A stretch of DNA of 64,000 nucleotides from Asterias rubens. Taxonomy: Eukaryota. This document shows, one piece after another, positions 1 through 11,507 of the stretch. Made by a program: the position numbers and the translations under genes. The stretch covers positions 8,122,001 to 8,186,000 of the forward strand of contig NC_047082.1 in the NCBI RefSeq assembly GCF_902459465.1, in the 5' to 3' direction. The notes under the pieces are model-generated. The model saw only the letters and a list, made by a program, of their open reading frames with translations. It made no database searches and had not been told where the DNA came from. Position 1 is the first letter of the stretch, and each line of letters begins with the position of its first letter.

Positions 1-376
1 TGTAACATGATAAGGGGCAACATTTTGCGTAGTTACGGCACCCATACACAATTCTGAATGGATGTGTGTGGCACAATGTTACCAGGGTCTGCTCATCTGG
101 AGGATGCTATACAAAGTCTTGACCCGAACCATTTGACATAGCAACTGTCTCTTAAGTCTACGGAATTCTGTAAGCGGTACATTGTGACTAAGCAAGTCAT
201 TGTACCAGACAGTATTCAAAGTCAACTCGGAAATGGCCTGTTGATGATGCCAGATACAGTTGCGATTGGATTCTATTGTAAAGTGCGTTAAGGCAAAACT
301 GACAATCTCTTTATATAAACATTATACAGATGTCTCCCTCTCGTTGTTACAAATAAATAGATGAATGAAGACTCAC

Positions 377-2632
377 CGGGATGAGATATTTGCGCACTTC
401 AGCAATGCCATACGCCAGTCTGTTGTAGGCATCAGCTGCCGGTGCGTAGACCTCTATTAACACATGGAGGTCTTCGTTAAGATGGGCATGTTTCTCTGAT
501 CCCTCTTCCCTCAATTCATCTTCCTGTTCATTAACGGGAGAAGAGGATAGTAATAGTAAGTAATTCATATTAAATAAGTAGGATTTGAAACTGGGTGGAA
601 GTTTTATTAGGCGAGGTTTTTTGCAGCTACACCATGTGAAAATCTCTTTTGAGTAGTGTTGGTTCTGAAAAGAACAATTAATTGGGGCATGGCCATTTGC
701 TGGGGCAGACCGGAGGTAACGTGATCAGAGTGCAAAGACCGGCTGTTATTCCCCAGGGGCGACCCTAGGGACGGGAATTTGTGTAAAAAGTGTTTACAAG
801 TACTTACCTTTTTCTTGTCTCTTAATGACCCCCTTCCAAGTATAGACATTCTCGTTCCAGTCATTTCTTGCATTCGCTTCAAGGAATTTCCTCTCGGGCC
901 AAGAAGTTTGCCGACAAAGTTAAACTGGAATCAAAACAAACAATTTACATCTTGTCTACCCTTTCATAAGTTTTCAGTGTGAATAAATTAAAGTAAAGGC
1001 AAAGTATTCCTTCGTTTTGAACTGTTTGATTGTTATGTAGAATGTAGATGTACTAAATGCAGGAAGAATAATTAAGGAATACACAATATGAGAAGCGTAA
1101 CACAGTCATGCTTCTCAGATTCAAATTATGGGCCATAAAAAAAATTCTCTTTTTTTATCTAGCCATATTCCGAGGTGAAATGTTTCTCAAAATGCTTTAT
1201 TCTCTCAAACCCTAACCAAAGGTTGTTATTGCCATTAATTTAAAGAGAGTGATACGTTCCCATAATCCCTTTAAATCTGGATTGATCTGCCTTACTTTAA
1301 AGAGCCTGATGACAATTAAAGTAAAGCATCTTGCCCAAGGACACAAGTGTCATGGACGTCGGGAATCGAACCCACACCCTGATGACTTAACTGCTCAGCC
1401 ATGGCTTGATTTGTAGATGATTTTACAAACCTTTGGATGTTCTTCAGTAGGGATAAGGACCCTGACTTCCAATTTGAGAGGCTTGTCTGTTATTATGTCA
1501 ATATATTTGGGTTGTTGTATTATGCCAGCTTCAAGTCTTTTTATTTCTGTGGAACACAAAAGAAAGGGGGTGAAAGGTCACAAGAAAGTTTGTTAAAATA
1601 TCTTGGCAAGAATTTTGTAAAAAATACATTGGATTGTATTATAATTGTCTTATTATTATTCAAATAAATATGGGTTCCTTTTTTAATCTGCCAGTTGAGC
1701 ATTATTGGACATGGTCACCTGTCTGTCAAAGCCTCTTGCATCAACCGAGCTTGAATTGGAGCGAAATAATAATAACTGAAATAACATTTTAGCAACATCC
1801 ACATATTATTAAATTGGGATTTTGAAAAGAATACTGAACCTCATAAGTCCCTGAATTACAAGGCACACATAGTTCTAATGATATTATATAAAAAAGGTCT
1901 TTGTTTGTTTGGTTTATTTGTGGTTTTAGAGGTAGGCCTGTTTTAAACTTGTAATATCATCGTGTTATAGGCACTCTGGACTTGTTGTCGGCTTGTTCTT
2001 AGTAGGACTGTGATCAAGTCAGTGCATGGAGGTAGTTGCGATAAAGTAATCCTCCTGCCAACGGCGCATCGATCATCGCAACTATGCCTGGAGGTAGAAA
2101 TAGCCTCCATATGGTCAGTGTCTGTCATGTCAGTGATGTCGTCACTCTACCACTCTACTACTCTCTGTCTGGTGTGGTGGAGTTACTCTGATTCTAAATA
2201 AATCTAATTTTTATTGATTTGAATGATAAATGATATGAAAACTTGGGTCGGGAGGTAGAACTTCTTTATTTATAATTTACCAGATAACTTTCCGTATGGC
2301 GCCACCACTTTTTCACTCATTTTTACAAAAGGGGATATCTCATTGAGGTAAATTAGATACTATATTATTTCATATCGAATGAAAAAGTGGTGGCGCCATA
2401 CGGAAACTTTTCCCTTATTTATGTGGTAGTAAAAACAAAAAGTCAAACAGGACCATCGATCGAGCGGGACAGTAGACAGAGAGAGAGGTCATCGAAGCTG
2501 TCCGTAAACTGGGCATCATTTTCACTCACCATCGTTTATGACTTTCTTTGAGAGTGTCAAAGCAGGATCGAGACCCTCCTTTTCTTGCTTTAAATTTTGG
2601 AGGCGAGCACTTCTGTCTTCAACATTCTCCAT
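377..2632 (-). CDS. KHDRBS: KH-domain STAR-family RNA-binding protein (Sam68/SLM-like); first four coding exons, gene runs off the left edge of the window
   Basis: Exons 2632-2530 ([34 protein letters not shown]), 1546-1431 (EIKRLEAG...[18 protein letters not shown]), 924-808 ([39 protein letters not shown]), 523-377 (EDELREEG...[11 protein letters not shown]...VRKYLIP). All GT-AG with matching phases. [17 protein letters not shown] is KHDRBS-type rather than QKI-type. Confidence 0.95.
2289..2405. mobile_element. Small MITE in KHDRBS intron 1
   Basis: 26-bp TIRs TTCCGTATGGCGCCACCACTTTTTCA / TGAAAAAGTGGTGGCGCCATACGGAA. Confidence 0.8.
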
Positions 2633-2893
2633 TGTCTTGGCTGGTCTGTTTTGACAGTTTCCACAATAATAAAAGTGATTTTTTTTCTTCTACCCCGTGT
2701 GTCACGCTTAGGGTGCTTTCACTGGTGTACAAAATTGTGTTCTTATAAAACGTAGTATTTGTTAAAATTGCCGAGTACCACCCTTTCAGTAATTCTAGCG
2801 CCCTCTGTAGGTAAAAACTGTTTACTTCCTGACCACTCGGAACTTTTCGTGTGCTCTCGGAATATTCCGGCACGGTTCGCGACGATCCCCCAC

Positions 2894-3216
2894 GCAGCAG
2901 GTTTGGGGAGTTGTTACATAAGAGTGGACTAACCACTAGGACCTGGTTGTTAATGATTTCATGTCTAAAAGATGCAAGTACTGCTTCAGACCTCTTTATT
3001 CAAGTACATTTGTAGCAGCAGGTTTGGGGAGTTGTTACATAAGAGTGGACTAACCACTGGGACCTGGTTGTTTATATTTTCATGTTTAAAAGATGCAAGC
3101 ACTGCTTCAGACCTCTTTATTCAAGTACATTTTGTAGCAGCAGGTTTGGGGAGTTGTTACATAAGAGTGGACTAACCACTAGGACCTGGTTGTTAATATT
3201 TTTATGTCTAAAAGAT
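2894..3216. repeat. Tandem repeat, 121-122 bp unit, about 2.7 copies, just upstream of KHDRBS
   Basis: Units start at 2894, 3015 and 3137 (GCAGCAGGTTTGGGGAGTTGTTACATAAGAGTGGACTAACCACT...). Confidence 0.95.
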
Positions 3217-3802
3217 CAGTATAAATTGTGTTAAATTGTGTTTAATCGCATCAAAGTCAAACTTGATAAAATGTGAATAATTATAAACAATCGATGAACC
3301 CTGCCTGTGATTGTAATGTACCTGATACGCCTTCTCCATAGAGCTATATGGCCCTATGGCCTTCTCATAAACCATGACTCAATTCTCATTATGAACTTTT
3401 TAAAAACTATAGTTTGAGGCCTGAAAGACAGAATTGCTCCATTACAAGACTCGTTGTGGTCTATTTTCAAAAGTCGTGGGTTCGAATACAACCCATTGCA
3501 AGTTTTATTATGCCTTGTAATTTGTTTTCAGAAGTCGTGAAAGTACTGAGTATACAGTGCTAACAAACATCGGTAGGTTGCATATGGGTAAAACAAATTT
3601 ATTAACAAAACTAAATTAATATTATTTTTTACGCCCGATGCATTTTTTTTAAAACATCTATTATAATATCATGGTGGGTCGCAATTCTGTACTCTATACC
3701 GATACAAATTATACAATGAATAATACGCTGAATGCTACTTGATTGTTATAATTATTCTCCATGCTTGAGTTCAGTTGATCTTGGGTCGAGTTATGCCATA
3801 GA

Positions 3803-5448
3803 TTAAGAACTTGGTTGATCATGTGCGCTGATAGCCATGATGTAAAACTTGTATCCATCCGCAGTCTTCTTGAGGAGGAACAACCCGCTGTGAACAAACC
3901 AGAAGTGAAGAAACAAAAAAATTGTTTAGGAAGTTTGTTTATAATATTTTGTTGTCCCTGTTATTTAAAATTTCGTTTACAAGATCCAGAGATAATTAAT
4001 TTAAAACCACAGCTGAAACAAAATGGACTATGAATTGCTTTTTAGGATGAGTTTGGATGCGTTGATTTGAATGAGAGAAGAACAATAAAGAGTGTGACAA
4101 GCATTAAAATGTGATACGGCCATTGTGTTAGATCTTCATTTCAAACATTAAAGACAGTGGATACTATTGGTAACTACTCAAAATAATTTTAAGCGTAAAA
4201 TCTTACTTGGCAACGAGTAACGGGGAGAGAGGTTGTTAGTAAAGCTGAGGTGAAGACTAGTGTGCGTGTAACCGGTGGAAGTGCTAAGTAAACAAAAGTG
4301 CTAAAAACAATACTGTTTTGAGTGACTTACCTGCCATCCTTGTAGTTTACGCCCGACTCGTTGAAGAAATCAAAGTGAAGCGTGACGTATACATAATTTG
4401 CGTCTTCGTCCATGGGCACCACATCTTTGTATGTATTTTCGATGTGAGAGGCCGTCTCAGGTAGTGCTTCAAACATAACTTTTGCTCCTTCGTAACAAAA
4501 ATAATGTAAAGTTAGGACACATTGACCGAAAGTTTATTATGTGGACGTGATCACCAAAATAGCATTTCTTTGGAAAACCACTTGTTTTGTGATGAATGCT
4601 ATAATAAAAAAAATTGCCAAAATAAAACGGACAATACACACAAAGAAAACAGTTGATTTGATAGTTCCCCGCCCAATAGATGGTCGTAGAAAACTTAACA
4701 GTTTGCTTGTTTTGGGTCATTTTCATCACAGAGCAATGGGGCAGGAAATTCTGGTCCCCACGGCGAACGCACTAATTCATCTCGGATATCACCCTGTTTG
4801 AAATCGACCTCGTTCGACCCATCTATCTGGGACGGAAGCTCTGGTGCCGGAATTCCCTCAAACGAAGTCTTTTATCACATCAACCACGTGACAGTCTTCG
4901 ACAAATCAAAATGCATAATATATCCAATGAATCTTTTAATTCACACTATCAGCCCTGATACTTTTCGGTGGCAATGAAGTCAATTAAGGCGATGGTGTCC
5001 TTAGTGTCCTTAGAGAAATTTACAATTTCCTCATAGGGTACCCTTTACCAAAGAGAAAATGCATTGGTACCCTTGTCCTTTCAAAAACGAAGCATAAAAT
5101 GCCTGCTATTTGGCTTCTTCATATGAGTTAAAGTAAGCTTTACCTTCAAATCCACTTAAAAGTGGATATCCATCCATCACTATTGTTATCTCTGGGTCCA
5201 CTAGCGTCATAAGGGCGTCCGTGTCGTCGTTTACGCAGTACTGAACTTGCTGGTCCACAACAGACAGAATGGTTTCTGAGAGGAGCCAACAATAGTTTTC
5301 ATGTTTATTTGTGAATTGTTTCGGTTCCTGCTCGGTGTTCTGGTATGTTCCGACATTCTTCTTATTCTCAGTTGCTAACCACACTGGATTCACATAGGCC
5401 TATCACACCTAGCAACAGAAGCAGCCGCACGAAGTTGCCGAAAAACAT
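3803..5448 (-). CDS. NTF2/SnoaL-like (DUF4440-type) protein with predicted signal peptide, paralog A; exon 1 junction irregular, possibly a pseudogene
   Basis: Exons 5275-5144 (ETILSVVDQQ...DTDALMTLVDPEITIVMDGYPLLSGFE), 4487-4331 (...ENTYKDVVPMDEDANYVYVTLHFDFFNESGVNYKDG), 3887-3803 (GLFLLKKTADGYKFYIMAISAHDQPSS*). GT-AG phases 1 and 2. The signal-peptide exon starts at ATG 5448 (MFFGNFVRLLLLLGVIGLCES) but reaches TGA at 5370-5368 unless a weak donor at 5384 is used. Fold assignment is by motif recognition only. Confidence 0.75.
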
Positions 5449-6039
5449 CTTGTTTTTGTTACTTGACTTGAAAAACGAGTATTTTTGTATACTTATAAGT
5501 TTGTTTTACTGCAACGTACAGATCAAACATTCACCAGCACAGGTTTGGTTTTGATCTTAGTCTTAGTTGTCAGTCCCTTTTTATAGGCGTGTGTGGCAAT
5601 GTCCATCAGAAACTTGAGCTATGGTGAAATAACGAATCTCTCTTTTGCTCATTAGCGTTAAGGCTAATCTGTAATTAGAAAATAATAATAGTACAATTAT
5701 GAAGTCGGTTTTTAATATTTTGAGCTTGCTGTTGCGATGTGGAAAATCCCCACTAATTAAACAAATCGTACTTATAATCCACATGGATCATGTTGGACTA
5801 TCAGTTTCTTTCCTAGATTTAAACGTTAAATTAATGTTTGTCGAGGTATGCCCTCACGTGACTTGTGGTATGCCCTCACGTGATTCGCAGTTTCAACCGA
5901 TCGGTCTTTTCCACTAATCGATGTTTATTCAATAGCTCTTTTTTCTATGGATCAATGCAAAACACCGATCAATGTGTTGATCTGATTATTTGCCTGTTTG
6001 GCGTTCCATAGTGAGCTTTCCGACACTCGACACAAGAGG

Positions 6040-6130
6040 GCGCGCTAAACTTCAAGCTGTTCGTCGTTTGTTGTGTGTTGTGGCCGTGTATCTCTGCACA
6101 ATTTGGAGATCATTTGCTTCAACTTTAAAG
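6040..6130 (+). other. ARFRP1: Probable non-coding first exon of ARFRP1
   Basis: Donor AAG|GTAATT at 6130/6131 and acceptor TATTTCAG| at 6879/6880, upstream of the ATG. The 5' boundary is approximate. Confidence 0.55.
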
Positions 6131-6774
6131 GTAATTAAAAAATCTTGAATTGAATAAATTGTATGAGTTTGACTTGTTTCTAAGTAGGTTGAGAGTTGAG
6201 CCCGAATGTGGCCTTAATTGAACGTCTACTAACCCTATTCTAACAAAACAAAATAGTGCGAATTGCGGGGAGGAAAAACCAGCATGTCATTCTACTATTT
6301 TACTATAGTATAATTTCTAGTGCAACTGAACTGGGCCGGGACAACAGGGTAGGGGGTGTGGTGAGGAGGAGAGCCACGGATGTAGTATTCTACCTCCAAA
6401 AAAGGGTGGCAGGCAGAGCCTGCTGGGATCATTTTCAGTTTTCCACACCTCGCCACCAATCGACCTCTACCTTTTCACTCATTTTTCAAAAACTTAAAAA
6501 CGTATATCTCATAAGTCATATATAATGCAATGATGAGGTTTATTGCGATTAGCAAAATATCAAGAACCCACACAAAGGTATAGGCTTTGCGTGCGCGAGT
6601 CGTAGAAACTGCATTGAAACCGCCCCATATTCCTTCCCACAATGCATTGCATTTCTGAATTGCGATAAACCTTATGCCTCATTTACATTATAAATAATAT
6701 TATTTATAATTAGGCCTATTATTAGTATTACTAACACTAGTATACTGGTTATTTATTAATAATAATAATAATAA

Positions 6775-6832
6775 TACAATCGCACAAAAATAGTTAATGG
6801 CCTGACGTTTCGACCCTAGTAGAGTCTTTCTA
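6775..6832 (-). mobile_element. Truncated hammerhead-family copy in ARFRP1 intron 1
   Basis: Plus GGCCTGACGTTTCGACCCTAGTAGAGTCTTTC, the reverse complement of the family consensus; cut off within the catalytic core. Confidence 0.55.
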
Positions 6833-6895
6833 ATAGTATAATCACTAACAACCTATTTTGATGTATAATTGTATTTCAGATCGCAATTGTTCACC

Positions 6896-9800
6896 ATGTT
6901 CAGCTTACTGTATGGATTGTGGCAGTACATGTTTAGAAGAGATGAATATTTTGTGCTGATCCTTGGACTTGACAATGCTGGAAAATCGGTAAGTTCAAGG
7001 ATTTGTGCAAAGTTGTGAACGGCAAAATTGTTTAAGTAATAAGAATCCAATGAAAGTCTTGAATTCATTCAAATAGAAATTGTTTACAAGCTAGGTCATG
7101 CATTTTGTTTCATCCTGTTCAAGGTCACTGGCATAGCGCCCTCGTGTGCTTCTAATTAGTCAGTCAGTTTATATCACCATTGTCTCAGTTTGTTTACCTT
7201 ATTAGTCCTATGTCAAATAAGTACGGACATCGGTAAAATTTACTTATTGGAATTTTATGCATGGTTACGGTGAGATATTAATCTAATGCCAACGTGGCTT
7301 TAGCAACTGTGTGCCAGTAAAATTACTTTCCGTACAAAATATGACTGATCATTGTTCCATTGTTTGATGTATGACTTACGAATAGTGTTTTGAAATTTCA
7401 CCTTGCAGACTTTCCTTGAAACAACACAGATGCAATTCAATAAAAACTACAGAGGCTTGCCACTGGATAAAGTCACAACTACAGTTGGTCTCAATAGTAA
7501 GTAGGCCTAACAGTCGTTTATTCATTTATTTGTTCACACATTTAACAGCACAATTAGCACTAATAATGGGATGAAGGGGAAACAAGAAGGAAGAATATAT
7601 AATTATTTGATATACCATTACCTCACCATGCAATGCTTCAAAACAAGAAGAAATTATCAGTTTTAGATGTGGGAGGATATCCCCAATGGGAAAACCCAAA
7701 CAATCAGGTAGGAGCTGACAACTCAGTCCACATGCAAGGCTCCGGTCTGAGGTGGGATTTGAACCTGGGTCCACAGAGGTGAAAGGCAGGGAAAGAAACC
7801 GATGAGCCAATAACTATGTGTTGACCCCTTGCACTACTCGCAGCTCAATCACAGTTACTTTGCCGTTCATCATTTTGTTAATGTACCGCTAGTCTACAAA
7901 CTGAGCTGTGTTGTTCAAATAAGAGGGTTGATTTTACCATTGTCAATTTGTAACACTTTGAGTTCATGACACATGCAGACAAACTGTTGGATTTTAATCG
8001 ATGCCCCAATGGCATTGAAAAGCCTTTAAGAATAGGGTAGACTAAAGACACGTAGAGTAAAAGTTTAGTTTTTGTTTTCTTAATAGTTGGGAAGATCGAC
8101 ACTGGTCGGATACGTTTGATGTTTTGGGATCTTGGAGGACAGGAAGAGCTACAAGCATTATGGGATAAGGTAAGAAGGATTCATTCACAGGAAGCCATTC
8201 TAGTAAGCAGCTCTTTTGATGCAACACTAGATTAATGCACACTATGATTATCACTATAGATGATAACGAAACATTTGCTTGCTGGAATGGCGCTGTACAT
8301 AATTTACATTCCAACATAATAGAGCGTGAGGCTTCCAGTTCTCCATCTTGCACCTTGGGCGCTATAAAATCTTGAGTCTTATATTATTCCTCTATTCCAC
8401 CGAGTCTGTCTGGTGGCGAGAAGGCAGTCCAAATGCAGGTGGTGTATTGTTTAATCGATTATACAAAAAAACCAGCAAATTACTTTGTAAGGTTTTGAAC
8501 CTTGCTTTTTGAAAGTATACATGTAGTCAGGTGAGGTTTGTAAATCTCTTTTGAATTGTGTTGGTTCTGAAAAGAACCAGTGGCTGACAACGTTTCGATC
8601 AGTATGCTCTGATTGTCTTCAAGAATAACAGATCAGAGCATTAAAACATTGAGTTGTCATTCACTGGTACTTTTCAGAACCAACACTACTCAAAAGAGAT
8701 TTACAAATGGTGTTACCACAAACCTCACTGAATCCTTACTTTATCAACTTTTTGTATCTGTGTACTCTAGCTGTACAAGTTTATATTTTAGAATGAAAAA
8801 CCATAATCTCACCCTTGATATTCCTCTTTTCCCAAAATTGTTTTCAGTATTACGCAGAATCTCATGGACTGATCTATGTTGTGGATTCATCGGATAAGGA
8901 GAGATTAACGGAGTCAAGACTAGCATTTGGTAAGTATATTAAACACTTATTGTTAACACTAAACACCACAGAGCCTGACTATGTTACTCTTGAAGGCCTT
9001 GAAGTAACCCATGATCCCCAGAGTAATTGCGTGGTGCCGTTTTCAATGTTTCAATACAAGTTAACATTTTCCTCGTAGAAGAGCTAAGTCTTTGTTTTTC
9101 TTTTATCTTTTACAGGAAATTATTCCCCTGAAGTTTAAATCTTTGCTTTTGTGATTTCCATATTGTGTGTATTTCAAATATTGTCTATGTATTTCTATGC
9201 TACAATGTGACTGATTGACATTTTACAATAACTGTGATATTTCCATTTGAATGTCTGCTATTTATGAAATATTTCGTTGCCATTTTTCTGTAGCCTTCTT
9301 TGCTTGGATCTATTGTTTTTTATTTGAAAATTGATAATTCTGCTTTGTTTTCTGTGCTTTATATTTTAATTTTTATGCAGTTGTATAACTGCAACTCTGT
9401 TGACTTGATAATGAAATCTACCCATATTGCCATATTTGATGATTGTATTGTCTTCTTATTTTGATTATAACATGACTGCCCAACTATGTTGACTTGATAA
9501 TCAAATCTAGCCATATTGCCATATTTGATGATTGTATTGTCTTCTTATTTTGATTATAACATGACTGTCTTTGCTTCCTAAGCATGATGAGATTTAAACT
9601 GAATTTCTTCTGTAATTTTTGCATATATTGAATGTACAATACTAATATGACTTGAGTATGATTTCTACCAATATTGCCATTCTTAGTTGCCATGTTTGTT
9701 GATTGAATTGTCTTTTAATTTTTATTATGACATGACTGTGTTTGCTCCACAAAATTGATGATATTTAACGTGAATTTCTTTTATCATTTTTCATATTGAA

Positions 9801-11507
9801 TATACATTACTGACATGAGATTTTTGTGATAACTTTTCTGTTTAAAAGTAATTTCTTTATTTTTCATGTATATTGATGATATTTTCTAACTTAAGTTGTA
9901 GGCTTATACCATTTTATCAGATCTTTTAATTGTTTATTCTTTATACCTTTTAAGTATAAGCTATAGGCCTAGTTGGGGATGTTGATTTCTGAAAGCAATC
10001 AAAAACAATGATTGTTTGTTTTCTAAGTACAGACTTTTTAAAATTTCAGTTTCATTGCATTTAAGGAGGTCTCGTAATTAGTCATAAGTATTTGTTGCCA
10101 CAACTTTATAAATGAGAAAATAAAACTATAACCGTTGCAAAATAGAACCAAAAGGACCTATGGTAAAAATGCAAACAATCAATATTAGCCTGACGTTTCG
10201 ACCTTAGCAGAGTCTTTCTCAAAGGCTAAATGGCAACACAACACAACACACATGAACAGGAGTCGTTGTATTACATTTTAGCCTTTTAAAAAGACTCTGC
10301 TTGGGTTGAAGTCTCAGGCTATTAACGATTTGTTTGCAAAATAGTTTATACTAATACTTTTGATTTGCTTTCTTCCAGACATGATGCTATCAAGTGAAGC
10401 TCTTGATGGTGTGCCTTTACTTGTTCTTGCCAATAAACAAGACTTACAGGTGAGCGTCTTATAAGACTTTTGGTTGAACAGAGAATAATTGTCAAGATCA
10501 GGACTTGAACCTGTGGCATATGGATTAAATTTATTACCAACCAAATTTCCATTTGTGCATATTGCTTGTTTCTGGTATTCAGCTGTTGTTTGCTTATCCT
10601 GAAGCTCAGGTGGAAATTTGGTTGGTAATTCGGTTTTTATCAAGGAAGAAATTTCATGCTAAGCAAATTTGTGTGCTTAGCAGCTCTATGAAAATGGGCT
10701 CTGGGCACTAATGTATTAAAGTGCATTCATATATCATTGTAAAATGCGCTATATAAAAAAACTTGTTACTACTATTATCAGATTCTTATGTTTGTTTGAA
10801 CAGGATGTGTTGAACATGTCTGAAATCAAGGCAGAATTTAATCAAAGTTCAAGAAGTATTGGAAAGAGAGATTGTCATATACAGCCAGTGTCTGCGCTCA
10901 CAGGGTGAGTTGGGTAGAAACGAATCAGGTTTCTTAAAAACTCAATTCCTGGTTCGTACTTCCTGCGAATGCGATGCAAGTTTGATGCCACAAATTCACA
11001 ACAAACAGTTCAGAAAATTTAGATGTGTATATGATTTAAGGCATTGCAGGGTGAGGTTTGCAGTTACACCATGCGTGTATCTACTTGCCAGGTACAGTTT
11101 GTTCTTTAGAGAGCTGTCTTTCTATATTCTACTACCGCGGAGTAGAGATGTGCTGAACACCTGCGAAACATTCACAGTGAAAACTGAGCTGTGACGCCAA
11201 AATTGTCATCGCATTCGCATGAAGTATGAACCTGAATTAATGCAGACACATTTTGTGAAAGGGAATCACAAACAAACTTAACTTGGAGTCTTCTTCTGGT
11301 TTTTAAATGCTTTTAATTTACTTTCAACTATGCTTGGTTTAACATCAAGATGAATAGAAGATGGGTAAAACAGAGTCTTCTTTAAGATAATTCTTAGAAT
11401 TATTTTGTATTTGCAGCCAAGGAGTAAACGAAGGTATTGATTGGCTAGTCGAATGCGTCCAACGAAACTCTTATCGGAGACCACCACATACCAAAGAAAT
11501 CAGCTGA
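6896..11507 (+). CDS. ARFRP1: ADP-ribosylation factor-related protein 1, 202 aa, complete
   Basis: Coding exons 6896-6988, 7409-7496, 8087-8169, 8848-8929, 10379-10449, 10804-10904, 11417-11507, all GT-AG and in phase. Motifs MFSLLYGLWQYMFRRDEY, GLDNAGKS, TTTVGLNIG, WDLGGQEELQALW, LANKQD, SALTG and C-terminal RRPPHTKEIS*. Confidence 0.98.
7630..7812 (-). mobile_element. tRNA-headed SINE in ARFRP1 intron; similar heads at about 1315-1400 (-), 15730-15800 and 20730-20775
   Basis: Minus strand TGGCTCATCGG..CCCAGGTTCAAATCCCACCTCAG (A/B boxes) continuing into non-tRNA body. Confidence 0.6.
8525..8735. mobile_element. Inverted pair of Penelope-like terminal-repeat fragments with a central hammerhead-like motif (second family)
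   Basis: GTTGGTTCTGAAAAGAACCAGTG at about 8560-8582 faces CACTGGTACTTTTCAGAACCAAC at about 8661-8683. Minus strand TTGAAGA-C-AATCAGAGCATACTGATC-GAAACGT at 8590-8622. Related copies at about 615-680, 32105-32205 and 41305-41420. Confidence 0.6.
9398..9570. repeat. Tandem duplication of about 90 bp in ARFRP1 intron 5, with a degenerate third copy at about 9660-9740
   Basis: GTTGACTTGATAATNAAATCTANCCATATTGCCATATTTGATGATTGTATTGTCTTCTTATTTTGATTATAACATGACTG occurs twice. Confidence 0.9.
10185..10229 (-). ncRNA. Minimal type I hammerhead ribozyme motif (U3-A8 variant), Penelope-like/retrozyme-type
   Basis: Minus strand TTAGCCT-TTGAGAA-A-GAC TCTGCTAAG GTC-GAAA-CG-TC-AGGCTAA: 7-bp stem I, core UUGAGAA, stem II, GAAA, self-complementary ACGU in place of stem III, GUC cleavage triplet. 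Confidence 0.7.
10951..11232. mobile_element. MITE in the last ARFRP1 intron
   Basis: TIRs GGTTCGTACTTCCTGCGAATGCGATG / CATCGCATTCGCATGAAGTATGAACC. Confidence 0.75.

Noticed and set aside
60-270. About 66-codon open frame on the minus strand in KHDRBS intron 4
   Set aside because: It does not encode the expected next STAR segment (DxxDEIRQEQ-like) and lacks a clear acceptor.
4700-4977. Open frames on both strands inside paralog A intron 2
   Set aside because: No convincing splice sites or start codon, and no similarity to paralog B or to any family I recognise.
5368-5370. Selenocysteine read-through of the TGA in paralog A exon 1
   Set aside because: A TAA follows two codons later in the same frame, and paralog B has no Cys at that position.
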